DNA from: Cercozoa sp. M6MM
Lineage: Eukaryota; Protista; Endomyxa: Ascetosporea
Assembly: GCA_040357565.1 (NCBI GenBank)
Contig: JBDODJ010000002.1
DNA: 64,000 nt
Strand: one strand, 5' to 3'
This document shows positions 13,205 to 25,974 of this stretch, piece after piece. The position numbers and the translations under genes were made by a program. A model generated the notes under the pieces. The model was not told the DNA's origin. It searched no databases and saw only the letters and a program-made list of their open reading frames with translations. Numbering within the stretch: the first letter of the stretch is position 1; every line of letters begins with the position of its first letter.

Positions 13205-13950
13205 GTACAGATGAATTCGCCCGAGCACTTCATAAACCCAAAGCTCATGGCCATGTCCGAAGGCTGCTTGTTGTAAATATAGTCACACAAACACGAACGC
13301 AGACACCAACAAAACATGGTACGGCAAACGTCGAATTAGAGTCGGAGCACGATTCAGCAATCTCCTGGATTACGTCCGAACTGCCCAAAGAGTCGGTAGA
13401 AATATACGGTCACTCAGTGACACTTATCTAGAGTACCGAACAAGGCCCATGACAGCGTCAAAGCAGCCGTCGAACTGCCTGGACTTTTGGGCGTCGCAAA
13501 TCACCGAGTAGCCGCTGCTGTCTGAGTCAAAACGGTGAACCCAACCAAAAGAAAGTCTTTATTTACTGTACCTCCAAACAGATCAGAGCACTGCAACATT
13601 GTGCCCATGTAGTCCACATACGGCTTCTGGGACAGGACCTGTACACATTAACAGTTAAATAACTTGCGGGAAGACTTGTTATCTTCCAAGAAAAGAACAA
13701 AGCTACCGCGGTCACACACGGGGGTAGGCCGTCCTCCAGGAGCGATAGCGACCCAGAGGCGCCACGCTGCAAGGCGCTTTGCGCCTGCAGCAGCGTTGTG
13801 ATCATTTGCATCGCGGTCTGTCTCGTCACTGACACTAGTACAGTCTCTACAATAACTCGAGACAGAACCAAACGACTCCGAGACTCTATAAAGGAGATTT
13901 CTTCTCCGGTTTCTTGCAAGCGATCGATCGGATCACATCAACCACCCATG
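11357..13950 (-). CDS. Cys-rich secreted or cell-surface protein with GPI-anchor-like C-terminus (start uncertain)
   Basis: Spliced exons give repeated Cys motifs (VCARNSTGGFCL, LCGDC, VCDDTCL, LCQKDANNTRCL). It ends VPSAATSPLLALSAAAGALVAMQLH*. Confidence 0.6.
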
Positions 13951-14253
13951 TGAGCCAAAGCTCCCCTCCGACCAATGCGTTGTCCAGTCACACAACACCA
14001 CACAACGCAAGGCATAGCAGCTTGCTTATTGTTGACCAAAGCTGATACCGTTATCGAACAACTCAAACAGTTTAAAATGCTCCGCATCATTGATCCACCG
14101 ATTCCTCATTTGACCCTTTATCGAAGTTATTCGCCACCCTTCTCGAACCTCGAACAAAGCAGCTACGAGAACAGTTTCCCTTCAGTTCACCGGCCCTGAT
14201 GGCCCCGAGGGGTAGTTTTACTGCCAACAGTCGCAAATTGGCGAAAGGTATCT

Positions 14254-17200
14254 TTAGAGAGGACATCCGACAGGATCGTTCGCGTGCTGGCGCAGCTTTG
14301 AGCCTGCAAGACCCAATGCAGACTCCCAAATTGAGATGAGAAAGGCAGTTTTTGTCATCACTTACGCAAGAGTTTCCCGGTGGCCGTGCACGGCATCTCC
14401 TCGACAAAATGTACCTCTCGCGGGTACTCGTGCTGCGCCACGCGTCTAAAGCAAAACACAACTGCAGCAGAGTAATAGGATATCGAGCAATAAAGCCCAC
14501 TGTCGAACGTGCTCCTTCAGCCGCATCGCGAGCTCTTCCGTTGGCTTCACGTGCTCTTGTAGTTGCACAAAAGCGACCACCACCTCGGTTCTCTGCATAC
14601 TCCAAGGATTTAAACTTACTGAGAGTTAAACTCCTATCCCAGTTCAGTTTTTTCTTTCAGCAGAGTAGAGCGCCGTACAAGTAAACAAACAGGTACCACG
14701 GGGTCCTTCTTGCCCACAACGGCAGCGAGTGCCACTTCTGGCAGCTCCTGAAGCGCCGCTTCGATTGGCGACGGCCCAACGCGGTAGCCGGAGCTTGTGA
14801 TTATGTCTGCAGGCAACAACAAAAGTAAGTCGGTTGAACTCAAGGTCAGAGTTACCGTCATCTCGACCGACAAAAACAAAGTCGCCAGCTTCGGTGCAGT
14901 ACCCTGCCCACACACCAAATTTAAAAGTCATAATTGAGAGCTGCGTTTTTCCAACCGAGGTGGGAAACGCTTCATCGAAACCCGGGGATTTATTCATTAC
15001 CCCGGTCACCAGTGCGCATGAATTTGCCGTCTTTTGTGAACTTCTCTGGAACAGTTTTGTTCCAGTAGCCTAACATCATGGCCGGGTCCGAGGTGTGCAC
15101 GGCGATTTCGCCTTCTTCGTGCACGGACGCCTTCAAAAATCAGGGTGTCCGCACGGATATAAAATCAACTGAAGATTAGAGAACTCTAAACTTACGACAT
15201 TGTCGCTCTCGTCGCGCAGAATGACAACGCGTTTGCCTGGAACACTTCGTCCGATGCCTGCCAGAATGGGAGTCATCTCAGTCAAATTGGACTGAAGGCA
15301 AGTTTTCTGTTTCGACCGACTGCGAATCAGTTTGTACCTCCGATTGAAGGAAACAGCTCGTGTGCGTTGGTGCAAACCAGCTGTTCGTCAACAAAAAGTT
15401 TCATTCTCAAGTCTGTTAAGCATGAGTGGATCATCTCATATTTCAATAAATATACGTTGCACTCGGTCTGGCCGTAGAACTCGTCCACAGTGGTTCCGAC
15501 TGCAACACACTCAGAGAACTGTAGTTCCGAAATAATCTGTTGGTGTAAAGAAAGGTCAGAGCGAAACTAACACGTCTCCAAGCACCAATCACGAATGTCC
15601 TGACCCAACGACTCGCCGCCTGATTATGGTAAACCTAATTTGTGACTCAAAGAAATGAGGAGGAAAAGAAAGACAGACAACCTGCTGCCACGGAGCGCAA
15701 TCGCATGTGCGGGTACATGAGTCGAATCTTCTCTGTTCCGTCAGTTGTACAGAACAATGTAAAATTTAAATTAGGACAACCCAGTCGTACGGTCCATGTG
15801 TACCACCGCAGTGATCGCCGAGTTGACGGCGCAGCAGTTTCAGCGCTGTAGGCGGCAGGAACGTCGCCGTCACGCGCCGGCGCTGCACCAGTTCCAACGT
15901 GTCCCTTGCGTCGAACTTGCGTGCACTGAGGAGAGGGTAAAATTGGGCGCAAGAGGGGGCAGGAAAGCCTAAGTTGAGAACCGATGGGCAACGACAGAGA
16001 CGCCGTGGAACAGCGACGGCATCAGCACGTCGAAAAGTCCGCCAATCCATGCCCAGCATGCTGGTGTCCATGTCACCTCCTTCGGGGGGGGGGTTAAAAG
16101 GAGGTGGTAAATGTTAAACATTATAAAAGGAAGTACGCCTGGCTGTGGAAAGCATTGATGGGGCAGTTCCACTCCTACCAGAAAGAAGGGAATAGGGGAA
16201 AAGGCAATATAAGTTTACACAGACACAGTCTACCAGGCAGGTGACCCAACAACACGCGGTGCGCATGCACACATCCCCTGGTATCAAATGATTTGGGAAA
16301 TTTAAGAGGATTAAGGGAAAGAGGCAGTGTACTTGGGCGGTCCCGTGCTGCCACTGGTGTAGATGATTACTGCACCGTCATTGGCCTACAGTGATCAACC
16401 GTGTATCATTTCTATGGGCAGTGTGATGAGCTGATGTGACTCACTCACCTTGGTGGTGAAAGTCGACGCATCCACGATTTCGTCGATCTTGGTGCACTCG
16501 TCGTCGTTGTCGAACTCGCGCAGCAGATCGTGCAGCGCGTGCATCTCTATGTTGTCACCCCGCGCGTTGTCACCGCAACTGCGCGGAACCTTGACTCTGC
16601 CTCGACTCGTTCCTGCGTCCTAAACACACAACTGAAGCCAGTTTTTGAACTTCAAAAAGCTGGCAATTCGCATCACTTTCACCAACACTGCAAACAAAAA
16701 CAAAACAGAAACTTAAGCTTCGTCCAAGCTCCAAACAACTGAAATAGTAGAACAAAGAGAAAAACCCGATCAAACAACAATTAAAAGAAGAAAATCAAAG
16801 CCTTTGTACATCGTAGAAGTGTCCATCGCACACGATGACATGTCGCACCTCCGTGTGCTGTAACAGCGGTCTCACTTTGTCCAACTGCGACAACGATGTC
16901 AGCAGCACTGTTGCTTGCGAGTCCTATTCGAAATGATCAGTTTTCCTCAAAACTGAAGTCAAAATTCAGTGTTAAATTTACACTCAGTCGGTACTGCAAA
17001 GCGGCACTTCCGAACAGCGGAAACAACGGCAGCGACAGTGCCCCCAGACGCCAGACCGATGTGTGCCCTGCTCCAAGATTATCTTAATCCAAAAAACACT
17101 TGTTTAGTCGGAATGAACCGAATAAAAACTAACCGAGAACAGTCGCAGCACACTGAGGCAAATGCAGAGCCACGCGATCGCCTTTTCGCACGCCTGCTCG

Positions 17201-17940
17201 ATCCGACTCGATGCATAATGAGTGAAACATTTTTAGATTAGGTTAGGTGAAAACGAACCTAGAACATGAAGTGCTCGAGCAAGCACGACAGATGCTCTGA
17301 AGGAAAGCTGTGTGTTGAGAAAGCAGGTTGCCACTAAGTGAACTACCTTCGCAGCTGACCAAAGCTGTGCGCTGTGCCATCGTCGTAGATAGCAACGGAT
17401 GACCCTAAGTTTACCACAATTTACCTTGCAGCTTTAGCAGTTTCGTATTGGAGAAACAACTGCCAGGTACCTTCGTCGAAGATAGGGAAGTCGCGCGTAT
17501 CGAAAGCAGCGCTGGAAGCAACTCCGCAGTGTCTGAAAACGCAGCACACACCGCGAGTTACTTGTAGTAAATTGCAGCATTAAATTGCGACTGCAAAAAA
17601 GCCAAGCACCGATCCAGAACGGCACTTGCGATGTTGAAGAACTCGGGAATACGCCATTTAAACCGCTTCTTCACATCGTCCTATTTGTTAATTTATACTC
17701 AGACATCACGATGAGAAACGCTACTGGAGATCATGTACCCACTCATCACCCTTGTAGACGCGGCAGTATGCGCGTTCGGTCGACGAGAGCGATGAGGCAA
17801 AGCGACTGCAGCAAACCGCGTGCACGCCAATCTGGCACTTTTTCGCCCGAGAAAGAGCCAACATTCCCCAACCGTGCTTTATCCACCCAAGCTATACGTT
17901 GCACCTGCAAAAAGAGCAGTATGGTCGCAGTGACCATCAT
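14254..17940 (-). CDS. AMP-dependent acyl-CoA synthetase/ligase (medium-chain ACS-like), possibly mitochondrial; start approximate
   Basis: Motifs FKWRIPEFFNIASAVLDRH, IIYTSGSTGPPK, WTPACWAWIGGLFDVLMPSL, EFYGQTECN, FVGRDD|DIITSSGYRVGPSPIEAAL and HEYPREVHFVEEMPCTATGKL. The N-terminus includes ARRFASSLS, which is presequence-like. Confidence 0.92.
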
Positions 17941-18364
17941 CTTCTGTCCGTTTAAGGGCGTGGAGATCAATCTGTCCTGTTTCAGTTTTGTCCGGCTGCC
18001 GGTTTGGAGTGGCGCGTGACAAGCTCGTTTGTAACTGCAGTGTGTGCATGCGTGTGTGCATGGAGTGTTATGTACCTCGACGAGCAATCTGATGTGTAGG
18101 TTTAGAAAACATGAACAATGCACATAAAATGTTGTGCTTTTTGCCAGGGTCGGCTCACTGACGGGTTACTCGCCAAGTCCGCACCACAGCACTGCAGTGC
18201 GAGAGCAGCAGACATTCACGAACTTCCATCTTCGTGCTGCGCTGTCGTCGCGACATTTGCTGTGCGTTCTGTGATTTTGACGCAATGTTGTGATTCTTTT
18301 TGCTGTTCGTTCGTGAGTGAAGTGACTTTGTCGGTTTAGAGAGCAACAGCGACGGTACGATGAG

Positions 18365-20855
18365 ATGCAGGATCAGTTGCGACAGCCGAAACCGTCATCA
18401 GCGCAATTACAGTCATCGACCCCGTCGCCACGATCGGTACATTTTCGTGCTTTTACTCTGTTTAAAAAAATCCAATTGGAACGGCAGCCAAAGACGCGGC
18501 CGGGAAAAACGCCAGAGAAACGTCGCCGACACTGCTTTCACTGCGACAAGAAGTTCACGTTTCTGCGACGAAAGCACGTGTGTCAGCGGTGCTACAGCGA
18601 GTGCTGTGCCATGTGCGTCGGCAAGCTCAACAAGCAGGTGCGCGCCAACCTGCCGCCAATGTCGGAAATGCTGCCAAAAAGCACGGCTTCTGAGGTCAGT
18701 TGTATGTGTGTGGATGCGTGTGTGTGTGTTGCTTTAAAACAACTTCCCACTAGCGTTAACACATAAACTCTCTGACAGGAAACTGATGCTTCTGCGGACG
18801 AGAGTTTCTTCTGCTCGCAGTGCATTTCCGTGTCGCTGCGGCATTCGATCGACTTGACTGGTAACACTGCTGTTGTTCTTTCTAATCATAAAGAAGTGAT
18901 GCCCTTTTGAATGCAGTCACGAGGATATCCAGAGAAGGCGAGTTTAACGACTGCGACGATTGCTCCTATCGCGACTCTCAGGTTTTCTTCTTGTGCATCT
19001 TCTGGTTTGAAGAAACGCAAGATAGCGTACGCTATCTCTGCAGTTGATGGCACAACGAGGTGTCCGATGGTGCGATCTTCTCGGTACAACTGTTTTTCTT
19101 GTTGTGCTTGTGGTACAACTGTCAACTGAATTGAGAAAGAAGGACTCAGTTTTTCTTGTTGTGCTGCAGGCCTGGCGCAGTTCAAGATTCGGTTCTCGCC
19201 GAAACTGTTTCAATTTTTGGTCGTACGTTTAGTTTCGCCAAGATGGATTGAATTGCCTGGGACTACATTAAACGTGGACACAGGCTCAGTCGCTTGCAGC
19301 TCGTGACGTTCGGAATATTCAGAAAGATTTGGTATTTTCTGTTGGTCGATTTGTGTTTTCTTGTTGTTTTCTTGCTTGTTTAGTCTCATTTTTTCGTTTT
19401 CCGGCAGCAACGAACCTTTCCAAAACACGTGTTTTTCGCCGATGCCGAAAACCGCGAGTCGCTGCGTCGCGTTGTTAGTGCGTACTTGTGCTTCACGCGC
19501 TCAGGTAGGCTTGTGTTTGACTCAAGTTTCAACCTGCGAAAGAGGCGAATCGAAGCGTGTGCTGTTTGTTTGCAGAGTACTGCCAGGGCATGCTTTTCAT
19601 CGTGGGCGTGCTTCGATTGCACATGTGCGAGGAAGACGCTTTCTTCTGCTTTGTGCAAATCATGCAAGGTCGTTTGCAGTGGCACGTAATGTTTGGTACC
19701 ACACACACACAGAGATGACCAGCAAACACGTGTTTGTTCAATGAGTGACTGCTCAGCATCAAATTCTTCCGTACTGAGCGACTGTTGCTCGCTGCTTGAT
19801 CGACTGGTGCTTTCCTTGCTTTCTCTTTTTTCTCGATGAGTGAAACGCATTGCTTTTGGACAGGCGGGCGAAGTGATTCCCCCCGTGGCTGCACATCTTG
19901 AAAAACACGAAATCTCTGCCATAATGTACGCCTCGCAGGTTTTTTCGCTTTTTGTGGGGTCTTTGTTGCGTAAATTTATTTGTCTTGTCACTTCCGCGCG
20001 GCTGTGTAGTGGTTCGTGACCGTGTTTTGCTACAAGCAGCCGCTGCACTTTTGCTTGTCAGTGTTTGAGGTAGTTTTGGTTCTACCAAACTCTGTTTGTG
20101 CCCTTGAGTTCCTTTCACCCAGATATTCTTGCACCTCGGTGTTTCCGCCTTGTTCCGCACGGCACTCGCTCTCCTTGAGGTGTCTGCTAACATTTTTGCA
20201 TTGCTTGCTCGTGGTCTGTAGTTGCGAATTCGGTAGATCCACGCTCCTCGCTTGCTGCGCTCTAACGATGGTCGCGAGGCCACGATGGAAACTGCTTTGC
20301 CATTGTAGCTTTTGACTTTTCCAAGATATGTTTCTAAAACTGACAGCTTTTCGTTTGAGTCTGAAGCGATCGGTTTCTTTTTGCTTGTCAGATTGATCGA
20401 GCCTCTGCGAGTTGCTGCTGATGTCGTTAACTCACCACGTTTCTCTGCCACGGTATCCTCGCTGCTTTTGAGCCAACAAAGCAAAATTTTTAGTATCTTT
20501 CTCCTTCTGCGCGGAATTTAGAATTCGTTTTTGCTGGGCTAAACAGGTCATACGGCGTGCATGCTCGCTCGTGTTGCCTGATCTGCGGCTCAATGATGCG
20601 TGCAGACCGAGCGATGTTACTGGGCACTCTGATACGCACCTGACTCGCGCGGATGCTGCCGAAAACGAGAGCGGGCGAGACGACACGAACGATCAGGTGC
20701 CAATGAACCGTCGGAAGGGACCGTCGTTGCTCCAACAGCTGCTACAGTCCTCGCCACGCAAGTTGCGGCAGTTGGGTCTGGACGATCTCGTGACTGTGAC
20801 AACGCCCAAGTCGAACAGACGCTTATTAAAACGCGCTGCTGGTAAAAGGAAATGA
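18365..20855 (+). CDS. FYVE-like zinc finger plus TBC (Rab-GAP) domain protein
   Basis: CFHCDKKFTFLRRKHVCQRCYSECCAMC...FCSQC is followed by the TBC catalytic motifs IQKDL|QRTFPKHVFF and EYCQGMLFIVGVL..MCEEDAFFCF, then YASQ|WFVTVF. Confidence 0.88.
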
Positions 20856-21121
20856 CGAGAAATAATCACGTGCGTTTGCCGCGCGCTGTACTAGTACCCG
20901 CGATGTCCCGGATTGGCGGGGCGCCTTTTTCTTTGGTTTGTATGGGCAATCTGTGAGTCGCCCCTTTAAAAAATCGTCGTGCCAACAGCAGCGAGAGGAG
21001 TAGCGCGGACGTGTGCACCCAAGATTACAACAGGGCAGCACGTTCGTAGAATTGGTAGAGGCATTGTGACCAAAAAAGCGCAAGACAGCTCCTGGAAAAA
21101 CTCAAACCCCAAAAACTAGAG

Positions 21122-23133
21122 ATGACGGCACTGGCGGCATCTGCGCACGAGATCTTCTTGTTCGAAATGGCGCTCAAGCGGCGAGAGGTTTCTGGGCCAT
21201 TCGCGAGCGCCACACGCACGCTAGTGCTTTTACAGCGCGTCATCGCTGCGGCCAAGGTGCGTTTCTCCAACATGGATCTTGACTGACGCTTTACGTTTTG
21301 TTTGCTCAGGTGAACAGTGCGGCCGACTTGCTTGGGAGTCTTCGGGACCTGGCTCAACGTCTGCAGGTTTGTGTTTCTAACTTTGGATCTTTCTTTTCGA
21401 AAAAAATGTTTGTTCCGCAGAAAGCGCGACCTCTCGAGTTGGCGCTCGGCAACATTGTGCGAAGAGCAATGTTTTTCGTGCGCGACGCTGCGCGAACGGT
21501 ATTTTTCTGTTTTAATGGTCCAAAAGTTAATGAATCACTATGCGCAGATCGAGGAGGACGTTGAGGTCAGGAAAGACACGCCGTCGGTGCAGACGCCGGT
21601 GAAAGACGAGTTACACGCGCTGTTCGACTCGCCGCTGCCGTCCACGCCGCGCAAGCAGCGGTTTGCAGTTTTTGTCACATCGTTCTGCTTTTGTTGATGG
21701 CTATATATTTGGCTTTTTTGAGCAGAGGCAAGCCGCTCAAGGTGCCAGAGCTGAGTTTCGATGAGGTTTCGACGCCGAGTCCCGTGACGCCGCTGCTGTC
21801 GCCCGATCTGGAACCTGCGCTCACTCAACAGTACTTTTGCTTTGACGCTTTCGTTTTGTTTCACTTGTTTTCGCCTTTTTGACCTGTTTTGTTCTCGCTT
21901 GCTTTGCTTGTGTCGTTTATTTCGCTCAGTTTGGCGCTTTTTCGCTTTCTTTCGCCAACCTGTTGCTTTTGGTAGTTTGTCGGCGCAAGGAGCACGGAAG
22001 CTGCGCGAGGCGATCACAGAGCGTCTTGCTGAGCTGGAGTACGAACTAAAGGATGCTTACCAATCAGTTGCTGATCAGGCCGAGATGCACGTGGTACGTT
22101 CCATTAGCTTCTTGTGTGTTTTGAACTGACTAGAGTTGCTGCTTTAGCACTCGGGCGACGTAATCATGACGCTCGGTCACTCACAAACCGTAACTTGTTT
22201 TTCCCATTTTTAGCTCATTGATCGATAAGAAAAACAAGAACACTATTTTGTCTTTTTCAGGTGCGTAACTTTTTGGCGCACGCTGCGTCTCGCGGCCGCC
22301 ATTTCTCCGTGATCGTGGCCGATGGCTCTGACGGGCATGGCGCTGAGTTTGCCTTGCAGCTGGCGTCTTTGGTAGCATTTATTTGGAGCTCAACGGGTTT
22401 TTTGGTATTTTGTGGCGTGATCGGACTGATGACGTGACATGTGACGTGACTTGAGTGAGTGCAGCAAGGCGTGTCGGCTCAAGTGATCCCGGAAGCAGCC
22501 GTTCTTGCAATGATGCCGCAGGCCACCAAGGTTGTCATTGGCACAGAGTATGTGCTGGCCAATGGTGGTCTCGTGAGTCGCTGTGGCACTCGCAACCTGT
22601 GTCTGGCGGCCCAGCTGCATGCTCGGCCTGTGCTGGTGCTTGGTGCGTTTCTCCCAAACAGTCAGAGTCGAAAAATACAATGAATGGTCTCTTCCACTCT
22701 GGCAGGCGGCATGTATAAACTTGCGCCGCTCTATACTTTCGGTCAACACACGTTTAACGAACTGCTTCCGGTACCAAACTCGTTTTTCCTCGTTTGTTTT
22801 GACTGAACCTTGGCGAAACTCTGGAGAAACGCCTGTTGTGAACTGCTCAGCCACCGACGTCTCCACCAGTGGCTGCCGATCTGGCCGCCGAGGTGGATTT
22901 CGTCATTCCACGCTTCGACTATGTCGAGCCGGCACTCGTGGCGCTCTTTATCACCAACACTACGGTACACTGATTGACATCGTTTGTGTTCTAAACCAGC
23001 ACAGAGTGGAGTCGTGGTTTTTCTTTTGAGGCAGGCCTCTGAGGGTGCCGCAGGCGGCAATGGCTTTGCTCCGCACTTTGTCTGGAAACTGCTCAGCGGC
23101 TACTACTGCGAGGCTGATTACGAGCTCAACTAA
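21122..23133 (+). CDS. EIF2B2: Translation initiation factor eIF2B beta subunit
   Basis: ARPLELALGNIVRR; QAEMHV|HSGDVIMTLGHSQTV; AMMPQATKVVIGTEYVLANGGL; GMYKLAPLY; PRFDYVEPALVALFITN; KLLSGYYCEADYELN*. Confidence 0.93.
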
Positions 23134-23274
23134 GTTATCCGCGTATCTATGTTGCACTCCTACAATCCTAAAAACGAAAACTCGTTGTGGTCAGAAGAAG
23201 ATCATCGAATGTATCGATACAGTATTGATAATTTCATTGAGCTCTGTGGTGACAGAGGCGTAGTGTTTCTCAAG

Positions 23275-25333
23275 ATGTTGTCTGACTTAAATACACTGGA
23301 CCAGGTGCTTGGGGTAAGCTCGTTAGACCACCGTCGTTTTTTCGTTTTTTTTTCTGTCTTGGTGTTCGGTGTTCGTGACCACTATCTTCGGCAGGACAGC
23401 GAGGCGCTAGAGCTACTCGCTGAGCACGCAGCGAACCGTGTCTCCATAGAGGTTGTGCATTGGTGTCGGTAGGCTTAGTCGCACGCCTCAAAAAAGTGGT
23501 TTTGAATGATTCTTGTTTAGGCACTTGTCGCTGGTGAGGCAACTGGCGCGCCACGATGGCCCAAGTGAAAAGGTAGTTTCAAGTCACATCAAGCGCTGGG
23601 TATAGGAGATCAATATTGACCCAACGATTGTAGCGCCAGGACCCGTTCGATAGCGAGGACGAGGATGAATTGGCGCAACTCGTGTCGCTCAAGAGCGCTC
23701 TCGAGCTTGCGCATTTGTACATTCGAAGCGGCGCACGGTTTGAGTACGTTTCTCTGTTCTCGCCTAAAATGAGAGAGGCTGAGTCTGAAAGAGTCTGAGT
23801 CTGTGCAGACTGAATATTAGTGCCGAAAACCGTCGCTCGCTTGTGCAACTTTTGGATCAGGAGGCACTCGAGTGCGTGCGACGTAAGTTTTCGTTTTGCT
23901 GAACGAGGTAGTTAGAAAAAAGTCTCATTCGGCTCACGAAATATTGTGTGAGTAGAAGCACGCAAGCACTCATCTGAGGGCAATGCACGATTCGATTTGT
24001 GGCACGACGAACCGCGAGAGTTGTCGAAAAAGTATCCGCTTCCGCGCGGATCGCCTGCAGGTATTTTTAGCGACTTGTAATGACCGCAAGTGATCAACTG
24101 CATTTTGTTGTGCCTAAACAGGTTCGCCACGCAACTTGCAGCGTTCACATGAAGAGAGCAACGACGAGTTTCTGCGACGAGCTTTTTGTCGCGGTTAGTT
24201 CATTCAGTTGACTTAACTGATGCATTTCGACTGACTGACTGATGACTACGTGTGATTTTACGTCAGGTGGTGCTTTGTTTCGCCGAAGTGTGTCTCGCGA
24301 GTTGCAAGAACACATTGACGAGCTTGACCAAACGGCAATTTGAACTTTACTCTTTCTTCTGTTTTTGGTGAAAAATGTCTTCGTAGGTGCGCAAACTGAT
24401 CGAAACAAATTTGATGTTGTCGCTACGTGCATCGAGCGAGTGGCATAGCTTTCTCAAGCGTCGTGCTGAGGTGCCTACTTTAATGACCTGTCCCTCCTTG
24501 ACGTTTGTTTGCTTTGACAGCGATTGGAACGGCTTCGACGTCCGCGCGGACCCCCGCCTTCATTGCGACAGGCGGTGAAGAGCAAGGTAAAGCAGATAGA
24601 AAATGTGTCGATGTGTTCGCATGTGTGTTTCTAGGCTTTCAGCAAGCCAATGCGCGTAACGAACCGATCGCGCGACTCGCTTCCGTCAAAACCTCCGAAG
24701 CCGTCGAAACCTTCTTCAAGTACGCTTGTTTTGTTTGTTGCTTTAGTGGATTAAACGATTGAATCCCTGCAGAAACGAACGAAAGCAGCATGAGCAACGA
24801 ATCCGCGAGTTTTGGCGCAGCCTTTTCTTCCTTCTCTTTGGCCGACATGAAGGACACCACCCTGCCAAGTATATTGTCTGTTCACCAGGTTTACTTTCTC
24901 CTTTTTGTTCCATGTGTTACGCTTTCGCAGTGTTGGCCAATCGACCATCGTTCTACGATGCCGAAGCACTCCGACTCTTTGCTGTATTCTTGTTTTACAT
25001 CTGGCTCGTGTTTGCTTAATAATATTGCACTGTAAATTTACACAGGAGGACGAAGTTCCGACAGAAGAGGACGAACCAATGGAGGACAGTGTAGCCGCAG
25101 AAGTATCTGCAACAGAAGAGCTGCAACAAAAGCCCACAGTATCTGAAGTGAAGCACGCCGAGCAACCGCAGCGGCCGTACACAGAGCCACCGAGTTCTCA
25201 GGAACAGCATCATCGGCACCAGCAAGAGGAGGCAGAACAGCAGCAAGATGAGGAAGAACATCAGCAAGAAGAGAAAGAGCGAGAAAACAGCGTTAGCGCA
25301 CTCATTTCGACCTGGGAGTCGCGTACGTCCTAA
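23275..25333 (+). CDS. RGS-domain protein (N-terminal RGS with insertions, acidic Q/E-rich tail)
   Basis: LDQ|DSEALELLAEHAANRVSIEVVHW...LAHLYIRSGARFE|LNISAENRRSL...VRKLIETNLMLSLRASSEWHSF matches the RGS helices. Confidence 0.7.
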
Positions 25334-25974
25334 ACGCAACTGTCGCATTGAACCGCTCAAGCAACATGTCGCGCGACGGACCATATCGTATTCTATCGAT
25401 CGATGCACGCACAGAAGCGCCGTAGCATCGTGCAACCACCGCGCAGCATCGCATACGATCGGATCACATCTCGTCTTACGTACATTATGAGACATATCGT
25501 CGCGTGTTAGTTGCGTTAATTCTAAAGAGATCACCGCATGATTATGATCCCTCAAAAAGCTCGTTTGACTAGAAGAGCAGTTTTGGGCGCGGATGCTTGA
25601 TTGCAACGGTTTGCAGCGCTAACGTTGTGTGATTTTTAACTCCCTGTTGCCTGGGAACGAGCTCGCTTCCACGTCACCTCACGTCCGGCGTGACTTCCCT
25701 GGACGAGGCCGACACGTGAAAGTCTTTCGGACATTCCTGAGATTTTTGAGTCTTGTGTAATGTCGTTTTGCGCCTCGATTCGTGTGTACCTTCGTTGCTT
25801 TGTGAGTTCGACCTTGTTCTCTGTCGGCTTCGTGACGAATCTCGCTCGGAGCCGGTGTCTTCGTGCCTGAATCCGCACTTTCAGTCTTTCCGACAGCGCT
25901 TCCTGTCGTTATAGCTGGTTTAAGTGAGTGCTTGCGACGATTCAGCCCTTAGAGTGAAGACTCGCGTTCAAAGC

